DNA from: Pirellulales bacterium
GTDB taxonomy: Bacteria > Planctomycetota > Planctomycetia > Pirellulales > UBA1268
Direction: 5' to 3'
Length of the DNA stretch: 64,000 nucleotides
NCBI GenBank assembly: GCA_044236455.1
Contig: JBIIGJ010000001.1
Location: 19,888 to 83,887 of the forward strand
Shown: piece by piece, positions 27,609 through 36,467 of the stretch
Layout of the letters: each line of letters begins with the position of its first letter
Numbering within the stretch: position 1 is the stretch's first letter
Notes under the pieces: model-generated
What the model was told of the DNA's origin: nothing
Database searches by the model: none
What the model saw: only the letters and a program-made list of their open reading frames with translations
Translations under genes and position numbers: made by a program

Positions 27609-29780
27609 ATGACCAGTGCCCGTGCCAACGCCATCTCTGCCATCAACAGCTACAAATCGAACGGTCAGGCGTGGAACTTCCGCGAGACGCCGACGAGCGA
27701 GATCTTCGGGGCCAATGTCTTTGGCGACGCTGCGATGAAGGATCGGCTGCCGAAGAGCGTCTACAAGGCGTTGCAGGCCACCATCAAGCAGGGCAAGCCG
27801 CTTGATCCGGGCATCGCCGACGCCGTGGCGCTTGCTATGAAGGACTGGGCGATCGAGAAGGGGGCCACCCACTACGCCCACGTTTTCTATCCGCTCACGG
27901 GCATCACGGCCGAGAAGCATGACAGCTTCCTCTCCCCGACCGGCGACGGCCATGCAATGGCTGAGTTTTCGGGCAAGGAGCTGATTCAGGGCGAGCCCGA
28001 TGCCTCGAGCTTCCCCTCCGGCGGCCTCCGAGCCACCTTCGAAGCCCGCGGCTACACCGCGTGGGATCCGACTAGCCCCGCCTACATCCTCGACAACCCC
28101 AACGGCACCACGCTCTGCATCCCGACCGCTTTCTGTTCGTGGACCGGCGAGGCGCTCGACAAGAAGACGCCGCTCTTGCGGTCCATGCAGGCCGTCGACA
28201 AGCAGGCCCGCCGGGTGCTCGCGGTGCTCGGCCACAAGGATGTCGGCCAGGTGACGGCGTCGGCCGGCCCCGAGCAGGAATACTTCCTCATCGATCGGAA
28301 TTTCTTCTTCGCCCGTCCCGACCTGGTCGTGACCGGCCGGACGCTTTTCGGTGCCAAGCCGCCGAAGGGGCAGGAGTTCGAGGACCAGTATTTCGGGGCG
28401 ATTCCCGAGCGAGTGCTGGCCTGCATGCTGGAAGGGGAGCGTGAGCTCTTCAAGCTCGGCGTGCCGGTGAAGACGCGGCACAACGAGGTGGCGCCGTCGC
28501 AGTACGAGATCGCGCCGCTCTATGAAAACGCCAACATCGCCACCGACCATCAGCAGATGATCATGCAGACGCTGACACGGGTGGCGCAGAAGTATGGCAT
28601 GGCGTGCCTGCTGCACGAGAAGCCCTTCGCGGGCATCAATGGCTCGGGCAAGCACGTCAACTGGTCGATCGGCTGCAAGCTGGGCAACCTGCTCGAGCCG
28701 GGCGAGACGCCGCACGCCAACATGCAGTTCCTCGTGTTCTGCGCGGCGGTGATCCGGGCCGTCCACATGCATGGCGATCTGCTGCGTTCGGTCGTGGCCG
28801 CCAGCGGCAACGATCATCGTCTCGGCGCCAATGAGGCCCCGCCGGCGATCATCTCGATCTTCCTCGGCGAGCAGCTCGCCGACGTCTTCGAGCAGATCGA
28901 GAAGGGGAAGGCCACCAGCAGCAAGTCGAGCGGCACGCTGACCGTGGGCGTCGACACGCTGCCTCCGCTGCCGAAGCATGCCGGCGACCGCAACCGCACC
29001 AGCCCCTTCGCCTTCACGGGCAACAAGTTCGAGTTCCGGGCGGTGGGTGCCAGCCAGTCGATCGCCGGGCCGCTCGTGGCCCTCAACACGATCGTGGCGG
29101 AAAGCCTCGACTACATCGCCAACGAACTGGAGAAGGCGACGGGTGGCGACGCCTCGAAGGTCAACGGCGCGATCGAGAAGCTGTTGCAGAAGATCGTCGC
29201 TGAGCACAAGGCGGTGATCTTCAACGGCAACGGCTACTCGGCGGAGTGGCAGGAGGAGGCGAAGCGTCGCGGGCTCCCCAACTTGAAGGCGACGCCCGAG
29301 GCACTCGACGTGCTGGTGTCGCCGAAGAACATCGCCCTCTTCGAGAAGTACGGCGTGCTCTCGGAGCGGGAGATGCGAAGCCGCTACGAGATCTACATGG
29401 AGCGGTATTGCAAGGACATCAACGCCGAGGCGAATTCGGCCGTGCAGATCGCCAAGACGATGATTCTGCCTGCCGGCTATCGCTACCAGGGCGAACTGGT
29501 CGACACGGCCTCGAAGCTCAAGGCCCTTGGGCAGACGGTGCACATGGGCACGCTCGACAAGCTCACGAAGCTGGTCGGGACCTTCGAGCAGCGGATCGAG
29601 GCCTTGGAGAAGGCGCTGGCCCATAGCGGCCACGATCTGCACGCGGAAGTCAAGCACTTCCACGACGATGTGATCCCGGTCATGGTGTCGCTGCGGGAGA
29701 CGGCGGATCAGATCGAGACGATCCTTCCGGATGATCTGTGGCCGCTGCCGACCTACCGTGAGATGCTGTTTATCAAGTGA
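27609..29780 (+). CDS. glnN: glutamine synthetase type III
   Basis: 723 aa. '[23 protein letters not shown]', '[12 protein letters not shown]', '[13 protein letters not shown]' and '[10 protein letters not shown]' are GSIII-type motifs. Confidence 0.95.
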   Translation: MTSARANAISAINSYKSNGQAWNFRETPTSEIFGANVFGDAAMKDRLPKSVYKALQATIKQGKPLDPGIADAVALAMKDWAIEKGATHYAHVFYPLTGITAEKHDSFLSPTGDGHAMAEFSGKELIQGEPDASSFPSGGLRATFEARGYTAWDPTSPAYILDNPNGTTLCIPTAFCSWTGEALDKKTPLLRSMQAVDKQARRVLAVLGHKDVGQVTASAGPEQEYFLIDRNFFFARPDLVVTGRTLFGAKPPKGQEFEDQYFGAIPERVLACMLEGERELFKLGVPVKTRHNEVAPSQYEIAPLYENANIATDHQQMIMQTLTRVAQKYGMACLLHEKPFAGINGSGKHVNWSIGCKLGNLLEPGETPHANMQFLVFCAAVIRAVHMHGDLLRSVVAASGNDHRLGANEAPPAIISIFLGEQLADVFEQIEKGKATSSKSSGTLTVGVDTLPPLPKHAGDRNRTSPFAFTGNKFEFRAVGASQSIAGPLVALNTIVAESLDYIANELEKATGGDASKVNGAIEKLLQKIVAEHKAVIFNGNGYSAEWQEEAKRRGLPNLKATPEALDVLVSPKNIALFEKYGVLSEREMRSRYEIYMERYCKDINAEANSAVQIAKTMILPAGYRYQGELVDTASKLKALGQTVHMGTLDKLTKLVGTFEQRIEALEKALAHSGHDLHAEVKHFHDDVIPVMVSLRETADQIETILPDDLWPLPTYREMLFIK

Positions 29781-30481
29781 CGCATCAGGAACCGTCTCGG
29801 GCCGACCTACCGCTGGCGATCGCCGCTGAGTGCGAACGGCTTGGTCTGTCCATATCCCCGGATGCCGTGCCGAGGCTCGCCGCGTATGCGGCGAGCCTCT
29901 GGTCGTGGAACGAGCGGCTCAACCTCACGCGGCACACCGACGTGGAGAAATTCGTCTCCCGCGATGTGGCCGATGCGGTGGCGATCGCTCCGCATCTCGC
30001 GGCTGGCGAGCACCTGCTCGATGTCGGCACCGGCGGCGGCGTGCCCGGCGTGCTGCTGGCCATCCTGAGGCCCGATCTGAGGGTCGAACTCTGCGACAGC
30101 GTGGGCAAGCGGGCCCGGGCGGTGCGGGAGATCGTCGCCGACATCGGCCTGACGATCCCGGTGCACGAGGGGGCGGCGCAGCCGCTGGTGGCCGCGGCAG
30201 CAGAGGCTGGCGACAGGGGCGGCAGGCCGGGGAGGTTTGACGTGCTCGTGGTGCGGGCGGTGGCACCGCTCCTGAAACTGCTCGGTTGGTTCGAGCCGCT
30301 CTGCGAGGCCTATGGCCGGATGCTCGTGGTGAAGGGACCGCGGTGGGAGGAGGAGAAGGGCGAGGCCAGGCATCATGGCTTCGTGAAGAAGGTGGCCGTC
30401 CGGCGGATCGCCGCCTGGCCGATCCGCGGCAGCGACAACGAGAGCGTGCTCTTGGAAGTGAAACGCCGCGAGCAGGCGTAG
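29777..30481 (+). CDS. rsmG: 16S rRNA (guanine527-N7)-methyltransferase
   Basis: '[17 protein letters not shown]' and the SAM motif '[17 protein letters not shown]'. The GTG start overlaps the glnN stop (GTGA). Confidence 0.85.
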   Translation: MTHQEPSRADLPLAIAAECERLGLSISPDAVPRLAAYAASLWSWNERLNLTRHTDVEKFVSRDVADAVAIAPHLAAGEHLLDVGTGGGVPGVLLAILRPDLRVELCDSVGKRARAVREIVADIGLTIPVHEGAAQPLVAAAAEAGDRGGRPGRFDVLVVRAVAPLLKLLGWFEPLCEAYGRMLVVKGPRWEEEKGEARHHGFVKKVAVRRIAAWPIRGSDNESVLLEVKRREQA

Positions 30482-30525
30482 ACGTCTGACGCATCGTCGG
30501 CACGCGTTCGCGTGAAGCCAGCGCC

Positions 30526-31017
30526 CTACAGGTTCATCCCGAGGAAGCCGCCGCTGGCGTCGCTGGCGGCCTGCTCGCGGGCCAGACGTTCCTGGGCGCG
30601 GGCCAGGTCGCCGGCGGCGATGTAGCGGTCAAACTCCGTCTCCATGGCGTGCTTGACCGTGAGCGAGAGCCACTGCACCGCCGGCTGCGTGAGCCACTCG
30701 CAGGTTTCCTTGTCGAGCCGGATCGCGAGATCGCTGCCGACCGTCTTCGTGTCGGCCTCATCGGTGATCACCGTTCCCTCAACCGAGAAACGCACCCACC
30801 CCAGGTCGGGATCGTTTGTAAACTGAAACGTGCAGGAGCCGTTCGTGAGATAGTAGGTGTTGCGGGTGCCGTGCTGGCTGACAGCCCGTTGGACCCGCTC
30901 CAGCCGGCTGCGGTAGGCCGGCGAGGCGTCGGGCGGAATGGCAACCTGCCGCACGCTCCGCAAGGGAGTGCAGTCGAAACTGATCGCCACGATCGGACGG
31001 GATAGTTGATCGCTCAT
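30526..31017 (-). CDS. conserved hypothetical protein
   Basis: 163-aa ORF with coding-like composition and no recognisable motif. Its start codon overlaps the apbE start on the opposite strand (CATG at 31015-31018). Confidence 0.55.
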   Translation of the reverse strand: MSDQLSRPIVAISFDCTPLRSVRQVAIPPDASPAYRSRLERVQRAVSQHGTRNTYYLTNGSCTFQFTNDPDLGWVRFSVEGTVITDEADTKTVGSDLAIRLDKETCEWLTQPAVQWLSLTVKHAMETEFDRYIAAGDLARAQERLAREQAASDASGGFLGMNL

Positions 31018-32101
31018 GATGAGAAGAGTCTATCGCGCATGGGCCGCCACGGCAGCCCTGCTGAGTGTCTTGGCGGCGGGCTGTGGGCCTCCAGCCACGC
31101 CGTCCGCACCGGCCGGCGTGAGCCAGACGCAGCGGGTGAGCCAGACGCAGCGGCTCATGGGAGTGCCGTGGACGATCACGGTTCATGCGGAAACGGCAGC
31201 GGTCGGCGACGCGGCGATTGCCGCTGGGTTTGCCGAGGTGGCACGACTCGAGCGGATTCTCTCCGACTACGATCCCGAGAGCGAACTCTCCCGGCTGTCG
31301 GCACAGGCACCAACGACGGTTCCCGAACCGGTGAGCGACGACCTGTGGCGCGTGCTGACGCGAGCCGTCGAGATTCGTGATGCCACAGGCGGTGCGTTTG
31401 ACCCCACGGTCGGACCGCTGACGAGCCTGTGGCGTCAGGCCCGCCGTTCAGGCCGATTGCCGGTGCCGGACAAGCTGGCCATTGCCCGTGAGTCGGTCGG
31501 GCCGGAGACCCTGCGGCTGGTGCCCGACAACCGCGGGGTGGTGCTTGCGCGGCCCGCCATGCGGCTGGATCTGGGGGGTATTGGCATGGGCTATGCGGTC
31601 GATCGGGTGATCGAAGTGCTGCGGCGTCGCGGTATCGCGGCGGCGATGGTCGATGCCTCCGGCGATATCGCAGTCACGGCGGCCCCACCCGGCACCGCGG
31701 GCTGGAAGATCGCCGTGGCGCCGCTGCGGCCAACGGATGCTGGCGACGGCGACGCCTCGGGCGATCCAGGCGAGCACCTGCTCCTCTCCCATGCTGCGGT
31801 GACGACCTCCGGCGATGCCTTTCAGGCAGTGGAGATCGACGGCCGACGATACAGCCACATCGTCGACCCGCGGACCGGCCTCGGCGTGGCGGGGCCGGCA
31901 GCGGTCACGGTGGTGGCGCCGGATTGCACGACGGCCGACGCGCTGGCCACGGCCGCCAGTGTCCTGGGGCCGGAGCAGGCTGCCGCGGTCATCGCCGGCA
32001 CGCCGGGCTGCGCCGCCAGGTTCATGTCGATGGCCGATGGTCAGCTGCAGTATTCCCGGACTCCCCGCTGGCCTTCCCAGGCTTCCCAGAGTGCCCCCTA
32101 A
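31016..32101 (+). CDS. apbE: FAD:protein FMN transferase (ApbE family lipoprotein)
   Basis: Lipobox 'LAAGC'. ApbE motifs are 'FDPTVGPL', 'LDLGGIGMGYAVD', 'GDIA' and 'TSGD..Q..EIDG.RYSHI.DPRTG'. Confidence 0.85.
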   Translation: MMRRVYRAWAATAALLSVLAAGCGPPATPSAPAGVSQTQRVSQTQRLMGVPWTITVHAETAAVGDAAIAAGFAEVARLERILSDYDPESELSRLSAQAPTTVPEPVSDDLWRVLTRAVEIRDATGGAFDPTVGPLTSLWRQARRSGRLPVPDKLAIARESVGPETLRLVPDNRGVVLARPAMRLDLGGIGMGYAVDRVIEVLRRRGIAAAMVDASGDIAVTAAPPGTAGWKIAVAPLRPTDAGDGDASGDPGEHLLLSHAAVTTSGDAFQAVEIDGRRYSHIVDPRTGLGVAGPAAVTVVAPDCTTADALATAASVLGPEQAAAVIAGTPGCAARFMSMADGQLQYSRTPRWPSQASQSAP

Positions 32102-32348
32102 AGCCCCGAGTCCATCGTCGGGGTAGGTGCGGGTTGCGCAGGATGTGACGGTTCTCCCAAGTTTGCGGGCGAGGCGGCCGATATCTCTGGAGCCGTCGCT
32201 GCGCCTTGGCGTACGTGTTGCGGGCACGGAGTCGGGGGGCACCGTGCCGGGCAGGGCTGCAGCAAGAGCTGTGGCCACACCCCTTGGGCGCAGCGGCGGC
32301 GATTTGAACGACGACCGAGCCAGACACCACCGCCTTGCGGAAGCCCCC

Positions 32349-34493
32349 GTGCCGCGAACTGCCAGACAACTCTGGGTTGCCCTGACGAGCCTCTCGCTCC
32401 TCGCGGGAGGCTGTGCGCCCAAGCAGCCGTTCTACTTCTTTGAGGACGGCGACCTGTCGCACTACGTGGGCGCCGTCCAGAAGCTCGAATATCCCGACAG
32501 CTGCGAGCAGCCGCTCGACGAGTCGGCCGGCACGACTGAGCCGCTCACGCTCTCCAACGCCCGCATCGACCAGATCTGGGAACTGTCCCTGGAGGAAGCG
32601 ATCCGTACGTCGCTGGAAAACGGCAAGGTGCTCCGCAACCTGGGCGGCCGGTTCCAGAGCTTCGGCGGGCCCCGCCCGCAGACCGGCGAACCGGCCGTTT
32701 CGCTTCTCACGGCCCCTTCGGCCACGCCCACGATCTACGACCCGGCGATTGCCGAGACCGATCCTTTCCGCGGTGTGGAAAGCGCGCTGTCGCTGTTCGA
32801 CGCGCAGCTCTCCAGTTCGCTCACATGGGAGCGGCAGAACCGTCCGCAGAACGTAGGTGGCATCATCGGAACGTCGGTGTTCCAGCAGCAGTTCCTCGGC
32901 GACACCGGCAACTGGACGAGCGGCATCCAGAAGCGGACGGCGACTGGTGCCACCGTGGGCTTTGCCAATACGACGCTCTACGACAACAACAACTCGCCGA
33001 TTCGCCAAGATGGAGTGCCCTCGACCTTCACGACGAACTACGACTTCACGCTGAGCCAGCCGCTGCTTCAGGGAGCCGGTGTGACCTACAACCGGATCGC
33101 CGGCCCCGACCCATTTGACAACATCTACGGCCGGCCCCTGTTTCGCGGCGTGTTGCTGGCCCGGATCAACGCCGACATCTCGCTGGCGGAGTTCGAGGCG
33201 GGTGTCCGCAATCTCGTCAGCGACACGGAGCAGTCGTACTGGGAGCTCTATTTCGCCTACCGCAACCTGGAGGCCCGCAAGGCCGGTCGCGATAGCTCGC
33301 TGGAGGCCTGGAGGAAGGTGCACGCCCTCTACGTGGAGCAGTCGCGCGGTGGTGAGGCCGACAAGGAGGCCCAGGCCCGCGAGCAGTATTTCTTCTTCCG
33401 CAGCGAGGTCGAGCAGGCGCTTACCGACGTCTACCGCTGCGAGAATCGAGTGCGATTCATGATGGGTATCAGTGCCAGCGATGGCCGGCTGATCCGCCCC
33501 TCCGACGAGCCGACCACCGCCAGAATTTCCTTCGATTGGCAGCAGTCGCTGGTCGAGACCCTGTCGCGGTCGGCTGAACTCCGCAGGCAGAAGTGGGTCA
33601 TCAAGCAGAAAGAACTGGAGCTGACCGCGGCCAAGAACTTGATCCTGCCCCGGCTCGACCTCGTGGGCCGCTGGCGGTTCCTCGGCATGGGTCAAGAGCT
33701 GATCAACCAGAATTACGCGGCGTACAACGCCAACGGCCGGGATCCTCTCAACGGCACCGATGCCTACTCGACCCTCCTGAGTGGCCAGTTCCAAGAATGG
33801 CAGGCGGGCGGACAGTTCCTCATGCCGCTCGGCTTCCGCCGCGAACTGGCCACGGTCAGGAACCACCAGTTGCAGCTGGCCCGCGAGCGGGCCCGGCTGC
33901 AGGACGAGGAGCTGGAAGCCTCGCACGCGCTGGTCGAGGCGGTGCGGAACATCGACACGAATTTCGCGCTCTCCCAGACGAACTTCAACCGCCGCGTCGC
34001 CGCGGAACGGCAGGTGGAGGCGGTGCAGGCAGCCTATGACGCCGGCACCGTGACGCTCGACCAGCTGCTCGATGCCCAGCGGCGGCGGGCCGAGGCGGAG
34101 AGCTCCTACGCCCGCGCGATCGTCGACTACACCCGCTCCATCTCGCAGCTTCATTTCCGCAAGGGCTCGTTGCTCGAATACAACGGCGTCTTCCTTGCCG
34201 AGGGCCCGTGGCCCGGCAAGGCCTACTTCGATGCCCACCGCCGGGCGCGGCAGCGGGACGCCAGCCTCTACCTCGACTACGGCCATTCCCGTCCCGGCGT
34301 CTTCAGCCGTGGGACGATCACGCAGAACTTCGAGTCGATCGGGGCTGATTCCCCGGTGACGCAGCTCCCGCCACGGGATCCTGCCACGAAGGAAGACTAC
34401 GACGATCAGAACGCCCCGCCGGCCTCGGGCACGACGCCGCGACAGGATGCACGTCCCGGTGTTCCCGAACTGCTGCCGTCACCACGGGGGTGA
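32349..34493 (+). CDS. TolC-family outer membrane efflux protein (oversized, about 715 aa)
   Basis: Two OEP repeats with coiled-coil segments ('LSLEEAIRTSLENG', 'AEFEAGVRNLVSDTEQSYWELYFAYRNLEA', 'AYDAGTVTLDQLLDAQRR'). GTG 32349 gives the lipoprotein signal 'LSLLAGGC'. Confidence 0.8.
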   Translation: MPRTARQLWVALTSLSLLAGGCAPKQPFYFFEDGDLSHYVGAVQKLEYPDSCEQPLDESAGTTEPLTLSNARIDQIWELSLEEAIRTSLENGKVLRNLGGRFQSFGGPRPQTGEPAVSLLTAPSATPTIYDPAIAETDPFRGVESALSLFDAQLSSSLTWERQNRPQNVGGIIGTSVFQQQFLGDTGNWTSGIQKRTATGATVGFANTTLYDNNNSPIRQDGVPSTFTTNYDFTLSQPLLQGAGVTYNRIAGPDPFDNIYGRPLFRGVLLARINADISLAEFEAGVRNLVSDTEQSYWELYFAYRNLEARKAGRDSSLEAWRKVHALYVEQSRGGEADKEAQAREQYFFFRSEVEQALTDVYRCENRVRFMMGISASDGRLIRPSDEPTTARISFDWQQSLVETLSRSAELRRQKWVIKQKELELTAAKNLILPRLDLVGRWRFLGMGQELINQNYAAYNANGRDPLNGTDAYSTLLSGQFQEWQAGGQFLMPLGFRRELATVRNHQLQLARERARLQDEELEASHALVEAVRNIDTNFALSQTNFNRRVAAERQVEAVQAAYDAGTVTLDQLLDAQRRRAEAESSYARAIVDYTRSISQLHFRKGSLLEYNGVFLAEGPWPGKAYFDAHRRARQRDASLYLDYGHSRPGVFSRGTITQNFESIGADSPVTQLPPRDPATKEDYDDQNAPPASGTTPRQDARPGVPELLPSPRG

Positions 34494-34565
34494 GACGACC
34501 GACCCGTATCCACCGGCTCACGCCGGGGGCTTTCATGGGATGTTCATACAAGCCCTGAGCGTGAG

Positions 34566-34583
34566 CGACGGGATTCCCCGTCG
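34566..34583. terminator. hairpin between convergent TolC-like and CPFC-A genes
   Basis: cgacggg-attc-cccgtcg is a perfect 7-bp stem. The T tract is only weak. Confidence 0.3.
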
Positions 34584-34608
34584 TTGATCCAGACTTCCAC
34601 TACGGGTG

Positions 34609-35784
34609 TCAGCGGGCAGGCGGCAGGGCCGCGGCCTCCAGGGCCTGCTGCAACAGGGCGGGATTGTGCGTGCGGATCCGCGCCAGGGCCTGGGACGCCG
34701 CGGGGAGCGGGCAGGCGGTGAGATAGCCGGCCACGGCGCGGCGGATGATCGGATCATCCGCACCAAACGTGTCCCAGAGCCGGGCCACGGCCGCCAGCTC
34801 GTCCCAGGCCTGATAGCGGGCCAGATCAACGGTGGCATCGGCCGCCACGACCGGGCTGGCCAGCAAGGCGGCGGTGGCGCCGATGATCCTTCGGCGCGGG
34901 ATCGTGTCGGCCAGACTTTCCGAGGCGAACCGCAGCGCGGCCAACAGATGCCGCTGATCGAGGGGCCGGGCATTGCGGCCGAACAACCCGCGGTCGTGCA
35001 GGAAATCTAGACCGCGTTCCCCCTCCGCCACGAGCAGACCCGCCAACAGGCCATCGAATCCGGCCCGAAAATCGTCGGCGGGAGCCGCGATGGCCTGCTG
35101 GAGGGCATCGAGACATGTCTGCGAGTCGGCGGGATCTTGTGTGGCGGCGGCGACGCCCAGCAGCAGACCGTAGAGCCCGCGCCGGCGGGCGTCGATCCCC
35201 GGCTCGCTCACCCAGGCCCGCAGCCGGGCGGGGTCGAGCGCATCGGCTGCCGCGCGGACGGTTGCGAACGGCGCCAGGCCAAACTCGGTGAAAGCGTCGG
35301 CGGCGATCGTGGCATTGGGGTGTTCCAGTCGGCCGGCGAACCAACGCAGCCGCTCAGCCGCCGGCCGGTCGATGGCCGGCGCGGCCGCCACGTATCCCAG
35401 CACTATTTCGTCGGCTGCGACCGCCGACCATGTGCGGCGCGTGGTCGCTCCGGCCGCTGCCTCCGTGCCGAAGAGCACGGCCGTACCCGCCACCGGGCCG
35501 ACGACCCGGGCCGGCACGCGGGCTCCAGCAACGGCCGCATCGGCGTTGCCGCGGAGCAGCTGATCGAGGCGAAACTGCTGCGAGCGAAATCCCTGCGCGT
35601 CCGCGGAGTCCCCGCCTTCCGCCTCGCCGACGGCCACGACCGTCGCCTCGTCGCGCCGCTGCGAGAGCGACTGACCGACCGTCCCGCAGAACGGGCAGGC
35701 CTCCGCCGGTGTGGCGGCCCACGGCGTGAGCGCGAGGATGATCAGGCAGCCGGCGTACGCCGCGGCCTCGCGCGGAATGGTCAT
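34609..35784 (-). CDS. secreted protein of unknown family, predicted mature N-terminus CPFC (paralog A)
   Basis: Signal peptide 'MTIPREAAAYAGCLIILALTPWAATPAEA|CPFCG'. Alignable over about 300 aa to 39915-41519, ending '..YLTACPLPAASQALARI'. Its ATG overlaps the AIM24 stop (TGATG). Confidence 0.8.
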   Translation of the reverse strand: MTIPREAAAYAGCLIILALTPWAATPAEACPFCGTVGQSLSQRRDEATVVAVGEAEGGDSADAQGFRSQQFRLDQLLRGNADAAVAGARVPARVVGPVAGTAVLFGTEAAAGATTRRTWSAVAADEIVLGYVAAAPAIDRPAAERLRWFAGRLEHPNATIAADAFTEFGLAPFATVRAAADALDPARLRAWVSEPGIDARRRGLYGLLLGVAAATQDPADSQTCLDALQQAIAAPADDFRAGFDGLLAGLLVAEGERGLDFLHDRGLFGRNARPLDQRHLLAALRFASESLADTIPRRRIIGATAALLASPVVAADATVDLARYQAWDELAAVARLWDTFGADDPIIRRAVAGYLTACPLPAASQALARIRTHNPALLQQALEAAALPPAR

Positions 35785-36467
35785 CACTCGGAATCCCATC
35801 CCCCGGCAGCCATTCTTGCGCGTTCCTTCTGCATCCGGGCCCGCCAGTAGGGAACCGTGCACAAGAGCAGCTTGCCCGTCCCCTCGTAGACGTAGGCGAG
35901 TTTCTGGCCCGACAGCCAGTAGCTGACGAAGGACTTGGCAGGTCGCTTGACCCGCATGGAAATCCCCTGCGTCCGCGCGATCACGAAGGGGCCGTCGGTG
36001 ACCAGGCGGTCGTTTTCGAGTTCCACCTCGTGGACCGGGCCATCGACCGAGAGCACGACCTGTCCGTTGCCCTTGAGAGCCGTCTTGTACCAGAACAGGC
36101 CCTCACCGGCACGGAAGGCGGTGAGCATCCGCTCGCGGTGCACCGAGAGCTTGACCTTGCCGTCGCTCGCCCAGAAGCACCGCGTGTCGAGCACCCAGCG
36201 CTCCCCCGGCGCCACCTTCATCAGGTGGTAGCCGCCGAGGCTGGAATCGAGGTAGACGCTGCCGGTGCCGCTGTAGCGGGGCCGCAGCAGTGACTCGTCT
36301 GAAAAGAGTGATACCCACCAGGCCTTGAGCGTGGGCCAGGGCACGTCCATCGTGATCGCGCCGTGCATATGGTTGAGGGCGCCCCGCTCGGTCCGCACGT
36401 CGTCGCCTTCGAGGGCGACCTTCACCCACCGCATCCCCTCGGAATGTTCGACCTTAAATGTCGCCAT
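35784..36467 (-). CDS. AIM24 family protein (TIGR00266/DUF124)
   Basis: 'MATFKVEHSEGMRWVKVAL..DDVRTERGALNHMHG' and 'GEGLFWYKTALKGNGQVVLS' have the AIM24 beta-rich pattern. Start at ATG 36467 inside track ORF 35784..36944. Confidence 0.8.
   Translation of the reverse strand: MATFKVEHSEGMRWVKVALEGDDVRTERGALNHMHGAITMDVPWPTLKAWWVSLFSDESLLRPRYSGTGSVYLDSSLGGYHLMKVAPGERWVLDTRCFWASDGKVKLSVHRERMLTAFRAGEGLFWYKTALKGNGQVVLSVDGPVHEVELENDRLVTDGPFVIARTQGISMRVKRPAKSFVSYWLSGQKLAYVYEGTGKLLLCTVPYWRARMQKERARMAAGGWDSE

Noticed and set aside
27474-29663. Very long antisense ORFs opposite well-supported genes. Examples: 27474-29663 opposite glnN, 2763-4004 opposite gmd, 4095-5837 opposite lnt, 32022-34286 opposite the TolC-like gene, 46833-49568 opposite clpP/lipoprotein, 58029-59363 opposite the MBL hydrolase, 43860-45356 opposite gap, 22791-24038 opposite the kinase.
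   Set aside because: Their translations are Arg/Gly/Pro/Ala-rich low-complexity strings without motifs, while the opposite strand encodes proteins with textbook motifs. Such stop-free shadow frames are expected in high-GC DNA.
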